From positions 768,001 through 832,000 of the forward strand of contig JAWLHJ010000001.1 in assembly GCA_041690395.1 (NCBI GenBank): 64,000 nucleotides of DNA, written 5' to 3'. The notes under the pieces are model-generated. The model was given only the letters and a program-made list of their open reading frames with translations. It did no database searches and was not told the origin of the DNA. The number at the start of each line of letters is the position of its first letter. Within the stretch, counting starts at the first letter, position 1. Origin of the DNA: Longimicrobiales bacterium. Lineage in GTDB: Bacteria; Gemmatimonadota; Gemmatimonadetes; Longimicrobiales; Gaopeijiaceae. This document shows, one piece after another, positions 38,031 to 47,187 of this stretch. The translations under genes and the position numbers were made by a program.

Positions 38031-38969
38031 ATGAACGCATACGTCGCTGTCACGGATCCGGACTGGTTCACGTTCCTCGCAGAACAGCCGAACGTGGACG
38101 AGGTGAATTTCTGGAACCCCAAACGCTGGGGTGGCCGGTTCGGCGTGCTGTCGGACGGGCAGCCACTCCTATTCAAGCTGAAGGCTCCTTACAACGCCAT
38201 CGCAGGGATGGGCTTCTTCAAGCATTACACCGAGCTCCCGCTGACCATCGCATGGGAGACCTTCGGAGCGAAGAACGGAGCGGCTACGTATGGCGATGTT
38301 TGGCGACGGATCACGAAGCTGCGGCGGGAGGAGCCTGGGCCCGGAGATGATCCTGTCATAGGGTGCATCCTCCTCGTCGAACCGATCTTCTGGTCGGAGG
38401 ACGACTGGATACGGGATCTCCCCGGGTGGCAACGCAATATCCAGCGTGGCCGAACCTACGACCTTCGAGAGGGTGATGGACTCCGGATCTGGGAGATGGT
38501 CCTGGAGCGGCTGCACAGGACATCCCGTCCCGGGCTCGGTAGCGAGGGGCCTAACCCCGACCTGCCGGGCGGTTACGGGGACCCCGTGCTGCAGCCGCGC
38601 AGATTGGGGCAGGGGACGTTCAGTGCGCTCGTCACCGATACCTACGAGCGACGCTGCGCCGTAACTCGCGAACGTGCTCTGCCCGCCCTCGAGGCCGCGC
38701 ATATCCAGCCGTTCAGCGTGACCCACGAGCACCGGCTCTCGAACGGAATTCTACTCCGGTCCGACGTTCACCGGCTGTTCGATGCCGGCTACGTAACTGT
38801 CACACCTGAGTACCGCATCGAAGCGAGCCGCCGTATGAAGGACGACTTCAACGACGGGGATAACTACCTCAAGCTCCATGGAGCGGAGGTCTGGGTGCCG
38901 GAGCGGCAATCGCTACGGCCGGATGCGGATGTGCTCAGATGGCACAACGAGCGCGTCTACCGGGGGTGA
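38031..38969 (+). CDS. HNH endonuclease with N-terminal putative PUA/EVE-like reader domain (type IV restriction-like)
   Basis: YVAVTDPDWF..VNFWNP..LFKLK N-domain; RRLGQGTF..Y..RCAVT, LEAAHI.P, NGILLRSDVHRLFD. Confidence 0.88.
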   Translation: MNAYVAVTDPDWFTFLAEQPNVDEVNFWNPKRWGGRFGVLSDGQPLLFKLKAPYNAIAGMGFFKHYTELPLTIAWETFGAKNGAATYGDVWRRITKLRREEPGPGDDPVIGCILLVEPIFWSEDDWIRDLPGWQRNIQRGRTYDLREGDGLRIWEMVLERLHRTSRPGLGSEGPNPDLPGGYGDPVLQPRRLGQGTFSALVTDTYERRCAVTRERALPALEAAHIQPFSVTHEHRLSNGILLRSDVHRLFDAGYVTVTPEYRIEASRRMKDDFNDGDNYLKLHGAEVWVPERQSLRPDADVLRWHNERVYRG

Positions 38970-38993
38970 AGTGGCCCTCGATGAGAAAGCCGG

Positions 38994-39893
38994 TCAAGGC
39001 GTCTCAAACAAGCTCACTTGTTCGCCTTCTTGCTCAGGATCCGGCCATGTAGGGCCGTCGGCCTGGAGGCCGAGCAGCCTCTCGACGTGGCCGGCCGCTC
39101 GCATGATCTGGTAGACGTCCAATCTCGGTAGCGGCATGTCCGACTGGAGAAACGGCGCGAGATACCGCTGTGACTTCGGCGTGACACCCTGCCGCCCGCA
39201 CACGATGTACGCGACCGACTCGGCTTCGAGTTCTCGCTGCATATGCGCCAGAGTCTTTCGCTCCGGGGCTCCCAGACCCTTGTCCAGCCCCAGATGTCCC
39301 AGAAACACGTGGCCGAGTTCATGGACGAGCGTGGCGAATTGCACCTGGGCGGGGTGGTTCTTGTTGATAGACAGCTCGTAGGACGCCCGTGCCTTCTCGC
39401 CGCTTGTCTGCCATACCCGGCGAACTTCTCCAGCTCTGCCGTCACCTGCATCGACCTCGAACCACCAGATGTCTTTCCTGCTCAGGCGGTAGCGGAAATC
39501 ATCGAGCTGTTCCTGCTCGATCGACCCGCGCGTGAAGAACGTCTGCACATCCTCGGGAAGCTTGTCCCGCGCCGTGTCTTCCACGTCATAGACAAGCGCG
39601 ACCGGGCCGAAGGGCCATAGGATCAGAAGGGGCCGCGCCCCTCGATTGACCGTTCGCCCGAAACGGGTCTGCCAGTCGCGCTTGGAGGCCGCATACATGA
39701 GGCCGGGCTTCTGCACCTGGAGGAGCATCGCGTTGAACGGGGCGAACTGCGGCAGGCGGACGACGAAGTCCAGCAGCTCCCTGTACTCAGGGCTGCGGTG
39801 ATAAAGACGCGCCTCGTTGAGGAGATCGTCCAGCAGCGACCGGACCGCTTTTTGCTGATCGTCGCTCGAGTGCATCCTCGACTGTGGCTCCAT
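38994..39893 (-). CDS. ArdC-like N-terminal domain + ImmA/IrrE-type metallopeptidase
   Basis: FAPFNAMLLQVQKP..W..FGRTV, VYDVEDT; TLVHELGH (HExxH) and ELEAESVAY. Confidence 0.8.
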   Translation of the reverse strand: MEPQSRMHSSDDQQKAVRSLLDDLLNEARLYHRSPEYRELLDFVVRLPQFAPFNAMLLQVQKPGLMYAASKRDWQTRFGRTVNRGARPLLILWPFGPVALVYDVEDTARDKLPEDVQTFFTRGSIEQEQLDDFRYRLSRKDIWWFEVDAGDGRAGEVRRVWQTSGEKARASYELSINKNHPAQVQFATLVHELGHVFLGHLGLDKGLGAPERKTLAHMQRELEAESVAYIVCGRQGVTPKSQRYLAPFLQSDMPLPRLDVYQIMRAAGHVERLLGLQADGPTWPDPEQEGEQVSLFETP

Positions 39894-39944
39894 GGTTGGC
39901 GGAGAGTGGAGAGATTGGGGAGGGCGACGCGCGTGCTCCTCGGA

Positions 39945-42900
39945 TCACCGGCCGTCGGCCACCACCTCCAGGAACTCGGCCACTACTTTCAAGCGATCCC
40001 CGTCGCTGCCGTCCAGCTCTATGGCTGCAAACTCCGGATTGGCGGGCTTCAGTACGATCCGAGTGTGTTCCCACGAGTCGCCCGACTCAGCTTTCCTGCT
40101 CGTGTATCGCTTCACCGTGAAGGACTGTCCGGTCTCGGGATCGAGCTCATCGAGGAGGCTGACCAGGACCGTCTTTCCCTGCCGAGTCCCGTCAACGCCA
40201 GCCCGGAAAAGACACCAGGCCCCGTTCGGGATCATCGGCTCCATGGAGCGGCCCACGACCTGAGCCACGAACATGCCCGGTCGGAGCTTGTGCCTCGTAT
40301 CGATCTCGACCCACTCGAATCCGTCGCCCTCGGTGATGTACTGGTCTTCGCTGAAAGCGCCGGCCGCGGCCTTGAGTGGCACGAGCGGGACACTGGTGAC
40401 GAAGCGCTCGTCGGGGGTTGGGTCCACGATCCGCAGGGGTGGGCGGTGGCCTGCAACATCCCCGTCGATCACTTCGAGATGAGGCCTCGATCCGCTCGTC
40501 GTTGACGCCGAATCTGTGTCAGCCCGGGCGCTATCGAACCAGCTCGTATCGCCCTTCACTTCGCGCTGCTTCTGCTTCCCGACCAGGTACTTCGCAATGC
40601 GGGCGACCTTCGCGACCACGGCGGCCTTGTCGTCGAGGTCGAACGACGGAACAGCCACGACCTCGTACCCTAGGCTCCTTAGTTTCGCCCTTATGGCGTT
40701 GTCCTTCTCGGCCTGCTCGGGGTTCCCGTGGATGTGCCCGGCCATGCCATCGAGGTAGATGCAGATCCCGGGCTCGTCGTCCTCTTCGCTCTCATAGAAG
40801 AAGTCCGGGATCGTCCCGCCGTAGCCGGGGCCCAGGTCGATAGGGTACTGGCAGAACGGGTCCGGGAGCCCGGCTGCGGCCAGCAGGTTCTTGAACCTGC
40901 CTTCAATGTGCGTTTGGCTCTGGCCAGTCGTCGACTGCGTCTTCGGCAGTTTCTCGGCTAACGCGTGGCGCTTCCGTAAGCCGCCCGACGCGGCTCTGAG
41001 GATCTCCGCGGCCACGTGGCGGTCGAGATGCTCGTGATAGAACCGATTCCGATACGTCTGGAGGCAGTCCACGCACGAAGCCTCGCATGCGCCGGGGCAT
41101 TCGGTGAGGAGCTCCAAGGCAGCGATCCGAACCTGATCCCAGCGTTCCACCAGATGCTCGAGGAGTCCCGAGCCCCCCGGCATGGGGTCGTAGAGCATCA
41201 CGTCGCACGAGTCCTCGCCGGGTCGCCCGAATGCCATGAGCTGGAGATCTTCCACTTCCATGTCCAAGACCCGCGAGGCCCCGAGCCGCAGCGCTTCCAC
41301 CACGCTGAATCCGACCTTTCGATCCTCGACGTCGTGGAGCCCGAGCACGTCGACCTCCACGTCCGCGAAGAAGCCCGTGGGCCGAACTACGTGCCCACAC
41401 CGCTCGAGGTGGCTCTTGTCGAATTCTTCACGCGCCCGCTTGCTGGCGAAGGGCGAGAGGGACTGACCGCACGCGAGGCAGAGGGGAAATCCGAGACGGG
41501 TCTGCTCGACCTCCCTGCGGGGGCCGACGTTGACGATCCGGAGCTGGACACCCCGACGGAAGCGAAGGTCAAGATCGCTCCAGTCCCACGCGGTGCCTCC
41601 CCGGTGGTATCCACGGTCGTTGCCGTAGGTCGCCACCGGCATTTGGAAGCGAAACTCCTCCTCGTCGGAGATCTGCGACTGAGACGGCAGGATGACGTCA
41701 CAGACCGGGACGGCGCGGAGCTCCTGCTCGGCGAGCGGTGCGGTCGCGGAATCGGCCCCCACCTCGTGGACCACCTGCTGCTCGACGACCACCCGGAAGC
41801 GCAGGGTCTCCTCGGGCGTCAGGAGGAAGCGCCGGGGGACGAACCGGAAGCCGTTCGCGTAGATGGCGTTGCCCGGGACGTACTCCCGAAGCGCGAGCGT
41901 CGGGGGACGGGGGAGGTCGAAGTCATCGAGGCCCTGGGTCATCCGGGGGGGCTCGGCGGTACCAATGAGGCTCCCCGATTCCAACCCGTACCCGGGGAGG
42001 AAGCCTTCCCGCGCCAGCGCTCCCATGGTCTCAGAGTCGTCCGGGCCTCCCTGCGCCGCGCCGCGAGGACGGGCGTAGGTGCCCTTGAGGCGTCCGATCA
42101 CCTTCTCGCATCGGCGCTCGTGCGCCTTGTCCTCCGGATCGAGGCCGCCAGCCTCGTCCTTGATCTTCCACAGACGCCGCAACTCGCCCCGTGCCCAATC
42201 GAGCCGTCGTTTGAACCGGCGGAGGACCCCGGCGAGCTCGTCGGGCATCTCGTCGATGATGCGCGCGAGGAGCTCGCTCTCAACCGCTGCTGCGTCTTCG
42301 GTGGGCCACGAGTCCGCGAACGCGCGCCGCACGGCCCCTTCGACGGTCGACCTGTGTTGCCGGATCAGCGTGCCCAACTCCGAGACGTCGAGCACCTGAT
42401 CCAGGATCTGACCGCTCGCGGAGAACAGATACGAGCGCAGAGTCGGCGGAAAGCAGCGTGCGAGCACGTCTTCGATCTTGCGCTTCCGTTCCGGCTCCGC
42501 CTCTCGAGCGATGCCGTGTAGCGCTGTGAGCACCGTGGCGTGCACATGCTTCCGGATCATGACCTCGTTCCTGAGGTTGATCCGGGGGGGCTCCACCATT
42601 CCGCCCAGCAGCTTCAATGGCTCGCGGAAGTAGGCCTGGTCGAACCCGGTGGACTGGGCGTAGGTCACGTCGACCGCCATGCGGTGCCGGCGTCCGGCAC
42701 GCCCTACGCGCTGCCAGTAGTTCGCAGGTGTCGGGGGGACATTGCGCATGAGCACCGCGTCCAGCGCACCGATGTCGACGCCCAGCTCGAGCGTCGGGGT
42801 GCAGACCAGGACGTTGAGCTGCTCACCCTCGCCCTTGAACTGGTTCTCGATGCGCTCACGCACGGCGTGGGGCACCTGCGCCGAGTGCTCGGCTACGCGG

Positions 42901-45900
42901 AGCATCTCGTAATCACCGTCGAGCACCCGGAGATCGAAGTCGTCCTTAGACTCGTCCTCCCAGACCACGCGCCCACCACATCGCCACGCGATGCAGGCTC
43001 CTGTCGGGCTCCTCCGAAGCGTCGTGCGTCGACACTTCTCGCACCGATAGCGGCCGGCGTGTGGGTGAAGTGTGACTTTGGCCGCGTCGACGTGGTGAAC
43101 TCCCGCCGCGCCGGTGAGTGGCCTGCCCCATCCGGTCAGGGAAACCTGCACGAGGAGCTTCGCCTCCACCAACGCGCGCCACAGCTCGGAAAGGAAGTCT
43201 TCGAGGGCCTCATCCGGCACGCCCCAGGCCTTGGCGGCGTTCCAGATCTGTGTCGGCCGGCTCCCGATCCACTGCGTCACCCGGCCAGGCTCGTCGTTAG
43301 CGCCGCGACTCAGCTTCGCGCCCTTCGGACCGCCGGGAAAATCGGGCAGGTATCCGTACTGGACCTCCTTGTCCCCGCGATTCCACCACTTCTCGAAGAC
43401 TTTGGTGTTCTCGTCGTGCAGCAGCCGTGAGCGGCGCAGGTGATCGAGCAATGCCCCGATGCCTTCAGCGAGCGCCTCGGGGGCGACCCCCAGGACAGGA
43501 GCCCACTTCGAGACGAACGGCAGATCTTCCGAGAGCCCCTGGTATCCGACCTTGAGACGGCCCCACGGCTCGAGGCCGATGCGCTGCTTCACGCCCGTCG
43601 CGAGCTCTCTCAGCACCTGGATGCGGAGGAAGTAGAGTCGTTCCTCACGATGCTTGGTGCTGCTGTCGTCGAACGGAACGACCTGCCAAACCTCCGGCAG
43701 CAATGCCCTGGAGAGCTCTCGATCCTTCTCCAGGATCTCGTCCAGCGAGTACACGACGTCGCCCACCGATGTCCCTTCTTCGGGAATCTGTTGGGCCATC
43801 AAGGCGCGGAAGCGGAAGCGGCGGGCGTGGTCGCGCATCCAGCCGGACTGGAACGCGGCATCCTGTCGGTTGTCGGCGAACACGAGGAGCCGCGGCCGCT
43901 CGGAAAGGTGGACCATGGACTGCGCGAGGACGTGCACGTCGGATACACCCACCGCCCGGATGGGACGGGCCGGCTCCCGGTAGCGCCCGCCCATCGGACG
44001 CTTCCCCGGGGCCTGACAGGCCACGCACGAGTGCAGCACACCCGGGAGATCCTCCTTGGTGCGCACCACTTGAACGGCGACGAGGGCACCCTCGATGTTG
44101 CACGCCGCACACGCCTGGAGCTCGGACTCATGGAGTGAGCCACAGTGGCTGCACACGAACATCGGGTGTAGGCGTCCGTGGTCGAAGTCGTGTCCAGTCG
44201 GGAGCGGCGCTTCGTCGCTGTCCTCCGCGTCTTCAGCGTCTTCCACATCCTCGTCCTCGTCCGGCCGCACGACCAGACGGTCGACGAAGAGCGCCCGCAA
44301 TCCCCCGGACTCCTCGGGCACGTGCTCCCACAGGCGTACACTGCCGATCAGGTCGCCGCCTGTGGGCCCGGAACGTGTGCCGGTCCGCAGACCAAAGTCC
44401 TGAGCGAACGTCTCGTAGTAGTGCTGACCGCAGGTGGTGCACGTGATGATGGAGAAGCGCCGGTACTCCTCGCCGAGCTCGTGGTCCGCATCCTCCCCGG
44501 AGAGCCACAGCCGTGCGGACGCATTCGGACCGGAGAAGGTGGCGACGGCGCCACCGACGCCCCGCACGAACGTGTGGACGACCGGCCGCAGCAGGGGGTC
44601 GTGTCCTCCCCGGCCGGTCGCCGCGCCCAGCGCGAGCCATGAGAGGATCTCGGCTTCGGGAACGGGCCTGCCCAGCCGCTCGCCCAGACGCTCCGACAGC
44701 TCGCTCAACGCCAGGGGCGTCGAAAGCGCTTGGGCGATCTGAAACACGAGCTCGTTGCTCGCAAGCTGGCTGGCGAGAGACTCCTGCCACCGGTCCCGGG
44801 CCAGTCGGGCGCCACCGAGCTCCACGAGTTGGGTGGAGATGGCGTCCGCGACCTCCTCGTCCGGCGCATCCACCGCCTCCAGAAGCGCTGAGAGGACGGT
44901 GTGCGCCTGTTCCGGTGGGCCTGCGGGGACGCCACGCCGCTCGTTCCACCGCAGGTCATCGTACACCTCGCGCACGAGGGTCACGCTGTCCCCGTCCACC
45001 CCGAAGAAGCGGCGGGCGAAGTCCTTCGCGGGGTCCGCGCTCCCGGACGGATCAGCCATGGTCGCGGACGTCGCTACATGACGCACCTCGTCCGCCCGGC
45101 GGCCGCAGAAGGTGCGTAGCCTTCGGACCAGGCACGCCGTCTCCGCGCCCTGCGCTCCGCGGAACGTGTGTGCCTCGTCGAAGACGAGGAACTCGAGCGG
45201 CGCCCCGGTGAAGATGCCGACGTCTTTCCCACGCGTAAGGAGCAGTTCGAGCTGCTTCACGTTGGTCAGCAGGATGCGTGGCTGGCCTCCCTCCGCGCGC
45301 ATGACTTCCCGGCTCGCCCGCTCCTCCGGCGGGATCAGGCTCAGGGCCTGACCGGCCTGACGAATCTGCTTGAGGCGCTCGTGGTATGCGGCGTTGGTCG
45401 AGCCCGCCGGCATCCGCTCACCACGGACCTGGCCGTCCTGCTGGGGCGTCTTGCCGATGTACATCCCGAACGGGATGCCGCGGCCGGCCAGGAGTCCCCG
45501 GATGCGCTCGAGCTGGTCTTCGGCCAGGGCATTCATCGGATAGACGATGACCGCGACGACTCCGGGTGGGGCGCCGGCTTCCTGAAGCTCCAGGCAGCGA
45601 CTGATGATAGGATAAAGGAACGCCTCGGTCTTGCCGGAACCCGTACCGGTCGACATCACCACGTTCCGGCCCGCATGAATGGCCCGAACGGTTTCCTCCT
45701 GGTGCGCACGGAGCTCCGGGTAGGACGCCACGCCTGCCATCTTCGGGTGGAAGACCCCGTCGGCGATGAGCTTTTGAACGGAGCTGCCCTGCCGGAACGG
45801 CCGCGACAGGCTGACGTACGGCCCCTTCCGCAGGGGGGTGCGGCGTGTCTCTTCGAGTTTCAGCAGCGCACGGAGCTGCTCGTAGAGATCGGGGTCCGCG

Positions 45901-45977
45901 AGGGGATAGGTGGTGACCTGGTAGTGGAGGAAGTCGTCGACGACGCGTTCCGTGAACGTGATGGGGTTCAGTGCCAT
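39945..45977 (-). CDS. Giant DEAD/DEAH helicase with DUF1998 Zn domain, Vsr/DUF559-like nuclease and C-terminal S24 peptidase
   Basis: GTGSGKTE, YPMNALAEDQ, VFDEAH, TSAT, FADNRQDA, TPTLELGVDIG, NYWQRVGRAGR; LYD.PGGSG..C..SCVDCL.Y.N; PDFF..YLDG..H; GRSMEP and TVKR. Confidence 0.9.
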   Translation of the reverse strand: MALNPITFTERVVDDFLHYQVTTYPLADPDLYEQLRALLKLEETRRTPLRKGPYVSLSRPFRQGSSVQKLIADGVFHPKMAGVASYPELRAHQEETVRAIHAGRNVVMSTGTGSGKTEAFLYPIISRCLELQEAGAPPGVVAVIVYPMNALAEDQLERIRGLLAGRGIPFGMYIGKTPQQDGQVRGERMPAGSTNAAYHERLKQIRQAGQALSLIPPEERASREVMRAEGGQPRILLTNVKQLELLLTRGKDVGIFTGAPLEFLVFDEAHTFRGAQGAETACLVRRLRTFCGRRADEVRHVATSATMADPSGSADPAKDFARRFFGVDGDSVTLVREVYDDLRWNERRGVPAGPPEQAHTVLSALLEAVDAPDEEVADAISTQLVELGGARLARDRWQESLASQLASNELVFQIAQALSTPLALSELSERLGERLGRPVPEAEILSWLALGAATGRGGHDPLLRPVVHTFVRGVGGAVATFSGPNASARLWLSGEDADHELGEEYRRFSIITCTTCGQHYYETFAQDFGLRTGTRSGPTGGDLIGSVRLWEHVPEESGGLRALFVDRLVVRPDEDEDVEDAEDAEDSDEAPLPTGHDFDHGRLHPMFVCSHCGSLHESELQACAACNIEGALVAVQVVRTKEDLPGVLHSCVACQAPGKRPMGGRYREPARPIRAVGVSDVHVLAQSMVHLSERPRLLVFADNRQDAAFQSGWMRDHARRFRFRALMAQQIPEEGTSVGDVVYSLDEILEKDRELSRALLPEVWQVVPFDDSSTKHREERLYFLRIQVLRELATGVKQRIGLEPWGRLKVGYQGLSEDLPFVSKWAPVLGVAPEALAEGIGALLDHLRRSRLLHDENTKVFEKWWNRGDKEVQYGYLPDFPGGPKGAKLSRGANDEPGRVTQWIGSRPTQIWNAAKAWGVPDEALEDFLSELWRALVEAKLLVQVSLTGWGRPLTGAAGVHHVDAAKVTLHPHAGRYRCEKCRRTTLRRSPTGACIAWRCGGRVVWEDESKDDFDLRVLDGDYEMLRVAEHSAQVPHAVRERIENQFKGEGEQLNVLVCTPTLELGVDIGALDAVLMRNVPPTPANYWQRVGRAGRRHRMAVDVTYAQSTGFDQAYFREPLKLLGGMVEPPRINLRNEVMIRKHVHATVLTALHGIAREAEPERKRKIEDVLARCFPPTLRSYLFSASGQILDQVLDVSELGTLIRQHRSTVEGAVRRAFADSWPTEDAAAVESELLARIIDEMPDELAGVLRRFKRRLDWARGELRRLWKIKDEAGGLDPEDKAHERRCEKVIGRLKGTYARPRGAAQGGPDDSETMGALAREGFLPGYGLESGSLIGTAEPPRMTQGLDDFDLPRPPTLALREYVPGNAIYANGFRFVPRRFLLTPEETLRFRVVVEQQVVHEVGADSATAPLAEQELRAVPVCDVILPSQSQISDEEEFRFQMPVATYGNDRGYHRGGTAWDWSDLDLRFRRGVQLRIVNVGPRREVEQTRLGFPLCLACGQSLSPFASKRAREEFDKSHLERCGHVVRPTGFFADVEVDVLGLHDVEDRKVGFSVVEALRLGASRVLDMEVEDLQLMAFGRPGEDSCDVMLYDPMPGGSGLLEHLVERWDQVRIAALELLTECPGACEASCVDCLQTYRNRFYHEHLDRHVAAEILRAASGGLRKRHALAEKLPKTQSTTGQSQTHIEGRFKNLLAAAGLPDPFCQYPIDLGPGYGGTIPDFFYESEEDDEPGICIYLDGMAGHIHGNPEQAEKDNAIRAKLRSLGYEVVAVPSFDLDDKAAVVAKVARIAKYLVGKQKQREVKGDTSWFDSARADTDSASTTSGSRPHLEVIDGDVAGHRPPLRIVDPTPDERFVTSVPLVPLKAAAGAFSEDQYITEGDGFEWVEIDTRHKLRPGMFVAQVVGRSMEPMIPNGAWCLFRAGVDGTRQGKTVLVSLLDELDPETGQSFTVKRYTSRKAESGDSWEHTRIVLKPANPEFAAIELDGSDGDRLKVVAEFLEVVADGR

Positions 45978-46666
45978 GGCGTGGCTCCCGGCTTGAGCTC
46001 ATTGCGTCTCAACGGCCCTCGCGACCAGTGCCCGTCGATGGCCTGAAGGAACTCGGCCCTGACGAGCTTAGCACGCTCCGTGGTAAGCCCACCCGCCTCC
46101 TTCCTGACGACGACCCCTTCCATCGCACTGCCGCCTATTCGAGAATCTGAGAACAGGATCTCCCGGAGCTGCGTGATCGAAAAGTGCCCGGTAGCCAACT
46201 GAGGAACGCCCGTGAGCCCGAGTTTCGTTAGCAGCCGGTTACGGCGATCGATATCCCAGAAACCTTCCACTCGTCGATCATACACATCGAATCCCATGAA
46301 CCAGTCCGGCAGCCGGTCGTAGATGACGCTGTGAACGGCGACACACCACTCGCCGAACAGTATCAGGTCGGGATAGAGCGCGTCCGCTAACGCGGCTTCC
46401 CGGGCCGGCAGCCAGGACCAGAGCGGTTGGAACTGCCCGTGCGAGTGGGCGGGGTCCAGGTACTGCCCCCGATTCTGCACTCGCAGCCCACCCTCCTCGT
46501 TGGTCGAAAACCCGACGTTCGCCCCGTCGATCTTTTCCTCCACGACAACCTCTCCCGCGAGGAGCGCCTCCACTTCATCCGGTGCCAACACCTTGTCGTT
46601 CCGGGGCTGTCCGGCGCCAAGCCAAGCCAGGTGCGGGGTGTGCGGGAAGCGGAAGAACCGGCTCAC
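45968..46666 (-). CDS. ATP-dependent RNA ligase family protein (nucleotidyltransferase core only)
   Basis: FPHTPHL, motif I EEKIDGAN, FGEW, FDVYD, EGVVVR, AKLVR; GTGA coupling to the upstream gene. Confidence 0.88.
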   Translation of the reverse strand: MSRFFRFPHTPHLAWLGAGQPRNDKVLAPDEVEALLAGEVVVEEKIDGANVGFSTNEEGGLRVQNRGQYLDPAHSHGQFQPLWSWLPAREAALADALYPDLILFGEWCVAVHSVIYDRLPDWFMGFDVYDRRVEGFWDIDRRNRLLTKLGLTGVPQLATGHFSITQLREILFSDSRIGGSAMEGVVVRKEAGGLTTERAKLVRAEFLQAIDGHWSRGPLRRNELKPGATPWH

Positions 46667-47187
46667 CCCATCTTCTCCGCGTGCTTGGCCTCTATCGCGT
46701 CGGGGCAAATGAAATGGATGGACACCCGAACTGCCGCCAAGGCCTCCTTCCAACCCCACCACTTGCTGTCGAAGGACTGGAGGATGGGAGGCCGGTCCGC
46801 GTGCGCGGCGGCGACCGCCAGGAATTTCCGATCGGAGCGGTCATAGACGACGCCGTTCGGAGGAGCCGGCAGCTCCTCGAAGTCGTCATCATCATGCGCC
46901 TTGGGGGTGATCGTGACCCGCGTGACCTTTTCGCCGTTCCACTCATGTGTCAGGATCCATTTGAGGAAGGCGTCCCCCGGGCCAGGCTGACCTTGGGCGT
47001 TTAGGTTGCGTACGTACTCTGCCAAGATCAGGCGGTCGTGGTCCAGGAACACGTGACCACCTTGCATGACGGCTTGGAGTGTCTTGGCGCTCGCGGCAAC
47101 ACAATCCGGAGGGGCGCCCGGATTCGCCGCATTCGCCGTCTTAGCCACATTCGTATCGATCACGCAGCGCATCGGGACTCTCGTCAC
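46663..47187 (-). CDS. PIN-domain-like nuclease
   Basis: VIDTNV at the N-terminus, ILAEY, DRSDRKFLAVAAA, terminal SFDSKW: acidic residues at PIN-like positions. Confidence 0.72.
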   Translation of the reverse strand: MTRVPMRCVIDTNVAKTANAANPGAPPDCVAASAKTLQAVMQGGHVFLDHDRLILAEYVRNLNAQGQPGPGDAFLKWILTHEWNGEKVTRVTITPKAHDDDDFEELPAPPNGVVYDRSDRKFLAVAAAHADRPPILQSFDSKWWGWKEALAAVRVSIHFICPDAIEAKHAEKMG

